Shown here one piece after another: positions 12,056 to 23,518 of a stretch of 33,447 nt of DNA. How positions within the stretch are numbered: the stretch's first letter is position 1; every line of letters begins with the position of its first letter. The DNA lies in the NCBI GenBank assembly GCA_037447605.1, contig JBBHKD010000022.1, forward strand, positions 1 through 33,447, read 5' to 3'. The translations under genes and the position numbers were made by a program. The notes beneath the pieces were generated by a model that saw only the letters and a program-made list of their open reading frames with translations, made no database searches and was not told where the DNA came from. Source of the DNA: Zygnema circumcarinatum SAG 698-1b. Taxonomy: Eukaryota; Plantae; Zygnematophyceae.

Positions 12056-12815
12056 CGTGTACGAGCGTCCGAGTGTCGGCTCTTGTTCGTTTTTCTGTTT
12101 TCTTTTTTCCTTTCAAGGGAAGACGTTGGACGCCTGCTTCGGCAATGGTTGTTTGCAGACGGCAGCGATGATGAACCAATGGCGAGGTGTTTCGATTCCA
12201 ATCGCGAGTGGTTGGTACCAAAATTCGATGGTGCAACCGTACGATGATTTGCCATGTTGCCAACCATACCGCCGCTCAAACAACGATCGCCAATGGTTGG
12301 CAACCTAAAGTGGAAGAGCGACAGCAATAATTGCCGATAGAAAACCACGCCGATGGTGGCGATGACTATTCGCAGGCAATGGTATGGTTGCAACCGTTGG
12401 CAATCGTTGTTTGTTTTTGTTCCGTCGCAATGGTTGGGCCTGGATGCCAATGGTTGCAATGATGGGCCACATTCAACATTGCCAACCATTGCCGCCACTA
12501 TCGAACAACTACTCAATGGTTGGCAACATCTTGAAATTGAGAGACAACGGCAATGGTTGGCAACATTGAAAACCAACCATACCAATGGCTGCAACAGAAC
12601 AGCAAATTTATTCCTGTCGAGCAGGGCGGCAAATGGTTCCAACCATTTCGGCAATTGCTGTTTCAACCCTGGCTACCAAAGACGACCATCGCAAGGCGTC
12701 ACTCTGGTAGTATCAAGGCAAATCAACCACAAGACAATATCCGGACATAATTATGACCACACATCAAATGTTGATGTTTACGACCATTCCAAAAATGAAA
12801 GAAAATTAAAAAGGT

Positions 12816-12933
12816 GTGGGTGCGACACCGGGAAACCCTACAGGAGGTCACCCATCCCGTACTATTCGCCCGCAGGCGCTTGGCTGCGGAGTTCTGATAC
12901 GAACCGACGTAGCACCTGGGTATGATCGCACCA
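12816..12933 (-). pseudogene. 5S copy 15, degenerate
   Basis: Termini match consensus; patchy internal changes. Confidence 0.7.
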
Positions 12934-13674
12934 CGTATACGGACGTGCAATTGTCACCTCAATTTTTTCTGTTTATTTACTGCTTCCCAGGAAGAGCATC
13001 GGAGGTATACCTTTGGCAATGGTTGTTTGGGACCGGCGGCAATGGTTGGAACCAGTGGCAATGGTTGTTTCGGTCCCGTCGCAATGGTTGGCAACCTCGG
13101 ATTCAATGGTTGCAACCATCGACAATGGGTTTATAGTGTGCGGCGCCGGCCCTAAAGCAACGATCGCCAGATGAGGTGGCAACCTTGGAATTGAAGGGCC
13201 GGCGGCAATGGTTGCCAATCGAAAAACCATTGCCAATGGTGGCAACCGTACCGCAGGCAATGGTATGGTTGCAACCATTGGCAATCGTTGTTTGTTTTTG
13301 TCCCGTCGCAATGGTTGGCGACCTTGGAATGCAGATCATCAATGAATGAGCCAGTTTTCAACGTTGCCAACCCATACCATCTTGAACAAGTTGTTGCCGA
13401 TGATCGCAGTACCTTGGAATTAGAGGGCCAGCAAGGGCAGCAATGGTTGGCAACATTGAAAACCAACCATTGCCAATGGTTGCAACCGTAGGCAATGGTT
13501 GTGTCGGTCCGGGCGGCGATGGTTCCAACCATTTGGCAATTGCTGTTTCGGACCGGCTTGCCGAGAGACAAGCAGTCCGCCAAGGCGTCACCTTGTGACG
13601 TCAACCAAGAACAGGTCAAGAACAATGTCCAACATGATTGGTCACACCATCAATGTTGATGTTTGACCATTTCC

Positions 13675-13699
13675 AAAAATGAAAGAAAAGAGTAAAAAA
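13675..13699 (-). terminator. Pol III oligo-T terminator with backup T-runs (shown for copy 16; present in most units)
   Basis: Minus strand directly after the gene: ACC-TTTTTT-ACTC-TTTT-C-TTT-CA-TTTTT. Confidence 0.88.
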
Positions 13700-13730
13700 G
13701 GTGTGGGTGCGACACCGGGACTTCCCGGGA

Positions 13731-13745
13731 GGTCACCCATCCCAG
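13731..13745 (-). promoter_or_regulatory. Pol III type 1 internal control region, box C (shown for copy 16)
   Basis: CTGGGATGGGTGACC at 5S positions 78-92, the canonical TFIIIA box C region. Confidence 0.85.
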
Positions 13746-13761
13746 TACTATTCCGGCCCAC

Positions 13762-13773
13762 AGGCGCTTAGCT
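13762..13773 (-). promoter_or_regulatory. Pol III type 1 internal control region, box A (shown for copy 16)
   Basis: AGCTAAGCGCCT at 5S positions 50-61, the canonical box A position. Confidence 0.8.
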
Positions 13774-13907
13774 GCGGAGTTCTGATGGGATCCGGCGTAG
13801 TAGCCTAGGTATGATCGCACCACGTGTACGGACGTGCAAGTGTCACCCTTTGCTGGTTTTTTCTGTTTTCTTTTCTCCTTTCGAGGGAAGACATCGGACG
13901 CCTCCTT

Positions 13908-14467
13908 TCGGCAATGGTTGTTTAGGACCGGCGGCAATGGTTGGAACCAGTGGCAATGGTTGTTTCGGTCCCGTCGCAATGGTTGGCGACCTCGGAATTC
14001 AATGGTCGACATTGGCAATAGATTTCCAGTGTTACCAACCATTGCCGCGGCCCTGAGACAACAAATCGCCAATGGTTGGCAACCTTGGAATTGAAGAGCC
14101 GCAACCAATAACTGCATCGAAAAACCATTGCCAATGGTGGCAACCAATACCGCAAGGCGATTGGTGTGGTTGCAACCATTGGCAACATTGTTTGTTTTTG
14201 TCCCGTCGCGATTGGTTGGCGACCTTGGAATGCAGTGGTTGCAAGGATGGGCAACGGTTTTATACGTGGGCAACCAATGCCGCCAGCCCTGAACAACTAT
14301 TGCCAATGGTTGGCAATCTTGGAATTCAAGGGCCGGCGGGCGGCAATGGTTGGCAACATTGAAAACCAACCATTGCCAATGGTTGCAACCGTAGGCAATG
14401 GTTGTGTCGGTCCGGGCGGCGATGGTTCCAACCATTTGGCAATTGCTGTTTCGGACCGGCTTGCCGA
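13908..14467. repeat. Modular palindromic spacer region built from GGCAATGGTTG / AACCATTGCC (shown for one unit; present in every complete unit)
   Basis: About 19 forward and about 7 reversed motif copies per consensus unit, counted by eye, separated by mostly 8-40 bp linkers. Confidence 0.92.
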
Positions 14468-14595
14468 GAGACAAGCAGTCCGCCAAGGCGTCACCTTGTG
14501 ACGTCAGCCAAGAACAGGTCAAGAACAATGTCCAACATGATTGGTCACACCATCAATGTTGATGTTAACACCGAGAATGAAGGAAAAAGTAAAGA

Positions 14596-14709
14596 TATGG
14601 TCAACGCCGGGACTTGCCAGAAGGTCACCATCCCGGTATTGTCCGCCACTCAGCGCTTTGGCTGCGGATTCTTGGTCGAACCAACGTAGTAGCCTGAGTA
14701 TGATCGCCA
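14596..14709 (-). pseudogene. 5S copy 17, degenerate
   Basis: CCGGGACTT, AGGTCACCATCCC and CGTAGTAGCCT recognisable. Confidence 0.65.
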
Positions 14710-15467
14710 CGTGTACGGACGTGCAAGTATTCACGGTTTGGTGGTTTTTTCTGTTTTCTTTCTCCTTTAGAGGAAGACATCGAACGCCTCCTTTCGGCAA
14801 TGGTTTGTAAACCGGCGGCAATGGTTGGAACCCGTGGCAATGGTTGTTTCGGTCCCGTCGCATTGGGGGGCAACCTTGGAATTCATTGGTTGCAACCTTT
14901 GGCAATGGTTTTCACTGTTGCCAACCATTGCGCCAGCCCCTGAACAACGATCGCCGATGATTGGCGACCTTGGAATTGAAGGGCCNGCGGCAATGGGTGC
15001 CAATCCAAAACCATTGCCAATGGTGGCAACCGTACCGCAGGCAATGGTATGGTTGCAACCATTGGCAATCGTTGTTTGTTTTGGCCCGTCGCAATGGTAG
15101 GCGACCTTGGAATGCAGTGATTAAATGAATGACAATTAAGCATGCAACCTGTACCACCAGCCTAAACAACTGTTGCCAATGGTTCCACGCTACTTGAAGT
15201 TGGAGGCAAGAGGACGGCAATAGTTGGCAACATTGAAAACCAACCATCCCAATGGTTGCAACCAGTTAACAATGGTTGTGTCAATCCCAAGGGACGGCGA
15301 TGGTTCCAACCATTTGGCAGATACGTGCTCAACAAGGCTTGCAAAAAACAGCGTTGCCGAGCATGCCACTATGCCGTAAACAGGTCAGAGACAATGTAGA
15401 CATGCGATTGGTCACACCATCGATGTTGATGTTTGACCATTTCAAAAATGAAAGAAAGATAAAAGGT

Positions 15468-15586
15468 GTGGTGCGACACCGGGACTTCTCGAGAGGTCAC
15501 CCATCCCAATACTATTCCAGCCCACAGGCGCTTAGCTGCGGAGTTCTGATGGGATCCGGCGTAGTAGCCTAGGTATGATCGCACCA
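15468..15586 (-). rRNA. 5S copy 18, few substitutions
   Basis: 5' half matches consensus; about 4 substitutions and a 1-nt deletion 3'. Confidence 0.82.
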
Positions 15587-16336
15587 CGTGTACGGGCGTC
15601 CGAGTGTCCGCCTTTGGTGGTTTTTTCTGTTTTCTTTTCTCCTTTGAGGGAAGAGCATCGGACGCCTCTTTCGGCAATAGTTGTTTCAGACCGGCGGCAA
15701 TGGATGGAACCAGTGGCAATGGTTGTTTCGGTCCCGTCGCAATGGTTGGCAACCTCGGAATTCAATGGTTGCAACCATTGGCAATGGGTTTCCATGTTGC
15801 CAACCATTGCCGCCGGCCCTAAACAACGATCGCCAATGGTTGGCAACCTTTGAAATGACCGGCGACAATGGTTGCCAAATCGAAAAACCAGCCAATGGTG
15901 GCAACCATACCAACAGGTGCAACCATTGGCAATCGTTGTTTTGTTGTCCCAACCAACAATGGTTGGCAACCTTGGAATGCAATCAGTTGCAATGATGGGC
16001 CACGGTTTTCAACGTTGCCGAGCCATGCCACGCCACTCTAAACAACTCTGCCAATGGTTGGCAATCTTGAAACCCAAGAAGGGCAGCAATAGTTGGCAAC
16101 ATTGAAAACCAACCATTGCCAATGGCATTGCAAGCCAATGGGCAATGGTTGTTTTGAGCCGGCGGGATAATTCAACCATTTGGCGTTGCTGTTTCAAACC
16201 AGCTTGCAAGAACGGCAGTCGCAGCATCACCTATGGCAACTCGACCAAGCAGGTAAGAACAATGTCCAACATGATTGGTCACACCATCGATGTTGATGTT
16301 TGACATTTTCCAAAAATGAAAGAAAGATAAAAAAGT

Positions 16337-16451
16337 ATGGTCGGACACCGGACTCCAGGGAGGTCACATCATACTTGTCGGCACCCACAAGGCGCTCGGC
16401 TGCGGAGCTCTGATGGGAGTCCGCGTCATCACCTGGGTATGGGTCGCACCA
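16337..16451 (-). pseudogene. 5S copy 19, degenerate
   Basis: Fragments of consensus throughout, many indels. Confidence 0.62.
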
Positions 16452-17206
16452 CGTGTGCGGGCGTGCGGTGTCTCGGCCCTTGTTCGTTTCTGTTTTCTTT
16501 TCTCCTTTCAGGGGAAGACATCGGACGTCTCCTTTCGGCATGGTTGTTTTAGGACCGGCGGATCCAGTTGGAACCGGTGGCAATGGTTGTTTCGGTCAGG
16601 TCAGCAATGGTTGGCAACATCTGGGAACACAATGGTTGCAACCATTGGCGATGATTTGCATGTCCAACCATTGCGACCAATCTAAACGACGAGATCATCA
16701 ATGGTTGGCAACCTTGGAATTGAAGGGCCAACAATGGTTGCGAGTGGAAAAACCATTGCCAATGGTGAGGCAGTACAGCGATGATGTGGTTGCAACCATT
16801 GGCAATCGTTGTTTGTTTTTGTCCCGACGCAATGGTTGGCGACCTAGGAATGCATTGGTTGCAATGATGGGCCACGGTTTTCAACGTTGCCAACCACTGC
16901 CGCCAGCCCTAAACAACTATTGCCAATGGTTGGCAATCTTGGAATTCAAGGGCCGGCGGGCGGCAACGGTTGGCAACATTGAACCAACCATTGCCAATGG
17001 TTGATTCGTGGGCAATCGATATGTTAAGACAACAAATGGTCCAACATTTGGCAATTTGCTACGAACCAACTCCAAGAAGCAGCCAGTCCGCAACATCACT
17101 ATGACGTCAACCAAGAACAGGTCAAAGCAATCTCAACATGATTGGTCGCACCATCAATATTGATGTTTGACCATTTCCAAAAATGAAACAAAAGTGAAAA
17201 AAAGGT

Positions 17207-17326
17207 GTTGCAGCGACACAGGGACATCCCGGTAGGTCACCCATCCCAGAACTAATCCGGCCAACAGGCGCATGGCAGCGGAGTACTGATGTGAACCGGC
17301 GTAGTAGCCTCGGTATGATGCGCACA
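17207..17326 (-). pseudogene. 5S copy 20, degenerate
   Basis: AGGTCACCCATCCCAG and CCGGCGTAGTAGCCT retained. Confidence 0.65.
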
Positions 17327-18096
17327 CGTGTACGGACATGCAGTCACACTTTGCTGGTTTTTTCTGTTTCTTTTCTTCCTTAAGGAGAAGACATCGAACA
17401 CCTGTTTCAGCGATGGCTTCTTCAGACCGGCAGCAATGGTTGGAACCAGTGGCAATGGTTGTTTCGGTCCCGTCGCAATGGTTGGCAACCTCGGAATTCA
17501 ATGGTTGCAACCATTGGCAATGGTTTTCCATGTTGCCAACCATTGCCGCCGGCCCTAAACAACGATCGCCAATGGTTGGCAACCTTGGAATTGAAAGGCG
17601 GCAATGGCTGCCCAATCAGAGAGCCATTGCCAATCGTAGCGGCTAACATTACAACAGCATGGTATGGTTGCAACAATTGGCAATCGTTGTTTGATTTTGT
17701 CACGTCGCATTGGTTGGCGTCCTTGGAATGCAGTGGTTGCAATGATGGGCCACTGTTTTAAACGTTGCCAACCATTGCCGCCAGCCCTAAACAACTATTG
17801 CCAATGGTTGGCAATCTTGAATTGGAGGGCCGCAGGCGGCAATGGTTGTGACACTGAAAACCAACATTACCCCAGGATTGGTTGTGCAACGATCACGTGG
17901 TTGTGTCATTAAGGGCGCGATTCCAACCATTTGGCGATTGCTGTTACAACCAAGACAGGAGAAACAAGCAGCCGCCAAGGCGTCACTTATGACGTCAGCC
18001 AAGAAAAGGTCAAGAACAATGTCCAACATGATAGGTCACACCATCGATGTTGATGTTTGACCATTTCCAAAAATGGAAGAAAAGAGTAAAAAAGGT

Positions 18097-18219
18097 GTGG
18101 GTGCGACACCGGGACTTCCCGGGAGGTCACCCATCCCAGTACTATTCCGGCCCACTGGCGCTTCAGCTACCGAATTCTTGATGGGAAATCACGGCATAGT
18201 CATAGGTATGATCGCACCA
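18097..18219 (-). pseudogene. 5S copy 21, 5' half degenerate, T61A variant
   Basis: 3' half matches consensus; 18165-18205 diverged. Confidence 0.7.
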
Positions 18220-19002
18220 CGTGTACAGACGTGCAAGTGTAGCACTTAATGACTTTTTCTGTTTGTTTCTGCTTTCGAGGGAAGACATAGACGCCTCCTT
18301 TCGGCAATGGTTGTTTAGGACCGGCGGCAATGGTTGGAACCAGTGGCAATGGTTGTTTCGGTCCCGTCGCAATGGTTGGCAACCTCGGAATTCAATGGTT
18401 GCAACCATTGGCAATGGGTTTCCATGTTGCCAACCATTGCCGCCAGCCCTAAACAACGATCGCCAATGGTTGGCAACCTTGGAATTGAATGGCCGTCGGC
18501 TATGGTTGCCTATATATAAACCATTGCCAATTGTGGCAACCGTCCCGCAGGCAATGGTATGGTTGCAACCATTGGCAATCGTTGTTTGTTTTTGTCCCGT
18601 CACAATGGTTGGCGACCTTGGAATGCAGTGGTTGCAATGATGGGCCACGGTTTTCAACGTTGCCAACCATTGCCGCCAGCCCTAAACAACTATTGCCAAT
18701 GGTTGCGCAATCTTGGAATTGGCCAAGAAGGGCAACAATAGTTGGCAACATTGAAAACCAACCATTGCAATCATTGCAACCGTAGCAATTGGTTGTGTGG
18801 TACGGGCAACGATGGTTCCAACCATTTGGCAATTGCTGTTTCCAAACCAGCTTCGCCAGGGAAAAAATCAGCAGTCCGCCGAGGCATCACCTTATGACGT
18901 CAGCCAAGGAACAGGTCAAGAACAATGTCCAACATGATTGGTCACACCATCGATGTTGATGTTTGACCATTTCCAAAAATGAAAGAAAAGAGTAAAAAAG
19001 GT

Positions 19003-19128
19003 GTGGGTGCGACACCGGGACTTCCCGGGAGGTCACCCATCCCAGTACTATTCCGGCCCACAGGCGCTTGTTTGCAAATTTCTACGGATGAGATCCAGCG
19101 TAATTTCCTCTCAGTATAAATCGCACCA
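19003..19128 (-). pseudogene. 5S copy 22, 5' half degenerate
   Basis: 3' about 65 nt match consensus; then diverged with insertions. Confidence 0.7.
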
Positions 19129-19878
19129 CGTGTACGGACATGCAAGTGTCAGCCCTTGTCCGTTTTCTGTTTTCTTTTCTCCTTTCCAGGAAAGACGTCG
19201 GACCCTCTTTCAGCAATGGGTTATTTAGGAACCGGCGGCAATGGTTGGAACCAGTGGCAATGGTTGTTTCAGTCCCGTCGCAATGGTTGGCAACCTTGGA
19301 TTTCAATCAGTTGCAACCATTGGCAATGATTTCCAGCTTACCAACCATTGCCGCGGTACGGACGACGATCGCCAGTGGTTGGCAACCTTTTGAATTGAAG
19401 GGCGGCGGCAATGGTTGCCAATCGAAAAACCATTGCCAATGGTGGCAACCGTACCGCAGGCAATGGTATGGTTGCAACCATTGGCAATCGTTGTTTGTTT
19501 TTGTCCCGTCGCAATGGTTGGCGACCTTGGAATGCAGTGGTTGCAATGATGGGCGATTTTCAACGTTGCCGGCATTCCGCACCTGAACAGTTGTTGCCAA
19601 TGGTTGGCAATCTGATTCGAGAGGCGGCACGGCGATGGTGGCAACGTGAAAACCAACCATTGCCAATGGTTGCAACCGTAGGCAATGTTTGTGTCGGTCC
19701 GGGCGGCGATGGTTCCAACCATTTGGCAATTGCTGTTACGAAACCAGCTTGCGAGAGACAAGCAGTCCACAAGGCATCACCTTATAACATCAGTCAGAAC
19801 AGGTCAAGAACGATGTCCAACGTGATTGGTCACACCATCGATGTTGATGACGCCGAACTGAAGGAAGATAAAAAAGGT

Positions 19879-19994
19879 GTGGTCGACACCGGACTTCCCG
19901 GGAGGTCACCCATCCCAGCTCTTCCGGCCCACTGGCGCTTCAGCTGCGGAGTTCTGATGGGATCCAGCGTAGTAGCCTCGGTATGATCACACCA
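19879..19994 (-). pseudogene. 5S copy 23, moderately diverged, T61A variant
   Basis: Several small indels along the gene. Confidence 0.7.
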
Positions 19995-20762
19995 CGTGTA
20001 CGGACATCCAGTGTCGCGTTGCTAGCTTTTTGTTTTCTTTTTCTTCCTTGAGGGGACATCAAACGCCTCCTTTCGGCAATGGTTGTTTAGGACCGGCGGC
20101 AATGGTTGGAACCAGAGGCAATGGTTGTTTCGGTCCCGTCGCAATGGTTGGCAACCTCGGAATTCAATGGTTGCAACCATTGGCAATGGGTTTCCATGTT
20201 GCCAACCATTGCCGCCGGCCCTAAACAACGATCGCCAATGGTTGGCAACCTTGGAATTGAAGGGGCGGCATTGGTTGCCAATCGATAAACCATTGCCAAT
20301 GGTGGCAACCGTACCGCAGGCAATGGTATGGTTGCAACCATTGGCAATCGTTGTTTGTTTTTGTCCCGTCGCAATGGTTGGCGACCTTGGAATGCAGTGG
20401 TTGCAATGATGGGCCACGGTTTTCAACGTTGCCAACCATTGCCGCCAGCCCTAAACAACTATTGCCAATGGTTGGCAATCTTGGAATTCAAGGGCCGGCG
20501 GGCGGCAATGGTTGGCAACATTGAAAACCAACCATTGCCAATGCATTGCAACCGTAGCAAATGCGCTACTTGTCAACAGCGGCAAATGGTCCAACTTTTG
20601 GCAATTTGCTGTTTCGAACCAAGCTCGCGAAGAACAAGCAGTCCGCCAAGGCATCACCTTGTGACGTAGGCCAGATCGGGTCAAGAACGATGTCCAACAT
20701 GATTGGTCACACCATCGATGTTGATGTTTGGGCGTTTCCAAAAATGAAAGAAAATAAAGGGT

Positions 20763-20878
20763 ATGGGTGCGACGCCGGGACTTTCAGAGGTCACCATGCC
20801 ATCTTGTTCCGGCCGCAGGCGCTTGCAGTGCGGAGTTCTGATGGGATCCGGCGTAGTAGCCTAGGTATGATCGCACCA
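20763..20878 (-). pseudogene. 5S copy 24, 3' half diverged
   Basis: 5' about 50 nt match consensus. Confidence 0.7.
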
Positions 20879-21652
20879 CGTGTACGGACGTGCAAGTGTC
20901 CGCGCTTTGGTGGTTTTTTCTGTTTTCTTTTCTCCTTTCGAGGGAAGACATCGGACGCCTCCTTTCGGCAATGGTTGTTTAGGACCGGCGGCAATGGTTG
21001 GAACCAGTGGCAATGGTTGTTTCGGTCCCGTCGCAAAGGTTGGCAACCTCGGAATTCAAAGGTTGCAACCATTNGCAATGGGTTTACATGTTNCCAACCA
21101 TTGCCGCCGGCCCTAATCTTCGATCGCCAATGTTTGGCTACCTTGGTATTTACGGGCCGGCGGCAATGGTTGCCAATCGAAAAACCATTGCCAATGGTGG
21201 CAACCGTACCGCAGGCAATGGTATGGTTGCGGACGGCGTCGCGATGGTTTGTTTATCCGTGGCAATGGTTGGCAACCTGGAATGCGATGAGTTGCAATGA
21301 TGGGCGAGTTCAGCGATTGCCGGCGTTTGCCGCCAGTTCCTTAAACAACTATCGATGGCTGGCGATATTGAAATGCGAAAAGCGGCGGCAGCGTAGTTGG
21401 CAACATGAAAACCAACCATTGCCAATGGTTGCAACCGTAGGCAATGGTTGTGTCGGTCCGGGCGGCGATGGTTCCAACCATTTGGCAATTGCTGTTTCGG
21501 ACCGGCTTGCCGAGAGACAAGCAGTCCGCCAAGGCGTCACCTTGTGACGTCAGCCAAGAACAGGTCAAGAACAATGTCCAACATGATTGGTCACACCATC
21601 AAATGTTGATGTTTGACCATTTCCAAAAATGAAAGAAAATAGTAAAAAAGGT

Positions 21653-21768
21653 GTGGGTGAGACACCGGGACTTCCCGGGAGGTCACCCATCCCAGTGTTC
21701 TTCCAGCCAGCCCTTAGCTGCAGAGTTCTGATGGATCAGCACTTCATCACCTAGGTATGATCGCACCA
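21653..21768 (-). pseudogene. 5S copy 25, middle diverged
   Basis: Termini near consensus; 21695-21750 diverged. Confidence 0.7.
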
Positions 21769-22526
21769 CGTGTACGGACGTGCAAGTGTCAGGCTTTGGT
21801 GGTTTTTTCTGTTTTCTTTTCTCCTTTCGAGGGAAGACATCGGACGCCTCCTTTCGGCAATGGTTGTTTAGGACCGGCGGCAATGGTTGGAACCAGTGGC
21901 AATGGTTGTTTCGGTCCCGTCGCAATGGTTTGGCAACCTCGGAATTAGATGGTGACGCCTGGCAATCAGGTTTCCGTGTTGCCAACCATACCGCCGGCCT
22001 AAACAACGATCGCCAAATGGTTGGCAACCTTGGAATTGAAGGGCGGCAGCAATGGTTGAGTAGAAAAAACCATTGCCAATGGTGGCAACCGTACCGCAGC
22101 AATGGTATGGTTGCAACCATTGGTCATATTGTTATCGTCGCAATGGTTGGCGACCTTGGAATGCAGTCAAGTTACAATGATGGGCCACGGTTTTCAACGT
22201 TGCCAACCATTGCGGCCTAAACAACTATTGCCAATGGTTGGCAATACTGAAATTGAGAGGCGGCGAGGCGGCAATGGTTGGCAACATAGAAAACCAACAA
22301 TTGCCAATGGTTGCAACCGTAGGCAATTGTTGTGTCGGTCCGGGCGGCGATGGTTCCAACCATTTGGCAATTGCTGTTCGGACCGGCTTGGCGAGAGACA
22401 CGCAGTCCGCCAAGGCGTCACCGTGTGCCGTCAGCCAAGACCAGGTCATGAACAATGTCCGACATGATTGGTCACCATCAAATGTAAATGTGACGTTTCC
22501 AAAAATGAAAGAAAGATAAAAAAGGT

Positions 22527-22647
22527 GTGGTGCGACACCGGGACTTACCCAGAAGGTCACCCATCCAGTTGCTTGTTCGGCCCACAGGCGCTTGGCTGCG
22601 GGAGTCTTGATGGGATCCGGCGTAGTAGCCTAGGTATGATCGCACCA
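22527..22647 (-). pseudogene. 5S copy 26, moderately diverged
   Basis: 5' about 40 nt match consensus; indels 3'. Confidence 0.7.
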
Positions 22648-23398
22648 CGTGTACGGACGTGCAAGTGTCAGCCTTTGCTGGTTTTTTCTGTTTTCTTTTC
22701 TCCTTTCGAGGGAAGACATCGGACGCCTCCTTTCGGCAATGGTTGTTTAGGACCGGCGGCAATGGTTGGAACCAGTGGCAATGGTTGTTTCGGTCCCGTC
22801 GCAATGGTTGGCAACCTCGGAATTCAATGGTGCAACCATTGGCAATGGGCGTCCATGTTGCCAACCATTGCCGCCGGCCCTAAACAACGATCGCCAATGG
22901 TTGGCAACCTTGGAATTGAAGGGCCAGCGGCGATGGTTGCCGATGAAAAATCGTTGCCAATGGTGACTAACGCCGCAGGCAATGGTGTGGTTGCAACCAT
23001 TGGCAATCATTTGTTTGCTTTGTCCGTACAACGGCTGGTTGGCAACCTAAAATGCCATGGTTTCAATGATCGGCCACGGTTTTCATTCCAGCCATTGCGC
23101 CATATAAACGATATTTTGCCAATGGCTGGCAATGTTGGAGTAGAGGCCAACAATGGTTGGCAACATAAAACCAACCATTGCCAAATCGCTTGCAACCGTA
23201 GGCAATGGTTCTGTGACAGACGGCGATGACTTCAGCCATTTTCGCGAGTTTCCTGTGAGACCAGCTTGCCAAGACAGGCAGTCGCCAACCATCACTTTAT
23301 AAGCCCATAGAACAGGTAAGACAATGTCAACGTGATTGGTCACACCATCAATGTTGATGTTCAACCATTCAAAAATGAAAGAAAGAGTAGAGAAAGGT

Positions 23399-23518
23399 AC
23401 TGGGTGGACACCGGACTTCCAGAAAGTCGCCCAGCCCAGTACTGTTCAGCCACAGGCGCTTAGCTGCAGAGATTCTGATGGGATCCCGCGTGGTCACTCC
23501 TCCGGTATGATCACACCA
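23399..23518 (-). pseudogene. 5S copy 27, degenerate
   Basis: CCACAGGCGCTTAGCTGC and TTCTGATGGGATCC retained. Confidence 0.65.

Larger units (their letters stand above)
13703..13822 (-). rRNA. 5S rRNA gene, copy 16 (consensus)
   Basis: Minus strand reads TGGTGCGATCATACCTAGGCTACTACGCCGGATCCCATCAGAACTCCGCAGCTAAGCGCCTGTGGGCCGGAATAGTACTGGGATGGGTGACCTCCCGGGAAGTCCCGGTGTCGCACCCAC; helix I GGTGCGA/TCGCACC closes and helices II and III pair. Confidence 0.97.

Noticed and set aside
13584-13603. as-1/ocs element (paired TGACG motifs)
   Set aside because: Centre-to-centre spacing is 13 bp rather than the canonical 12, and a Pol II element has no evident target here.
13675-13822. Cassandra TRIM (5S-bearing LTR retroelement) or 5S-derived SINE
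   Set aside because: The 5S is full length with closed helix I and its own T-terminator. I found no PBS, TG...CA LTR pair or internal domain. The purine tract before TGTGGG is just the complement of the terminator.
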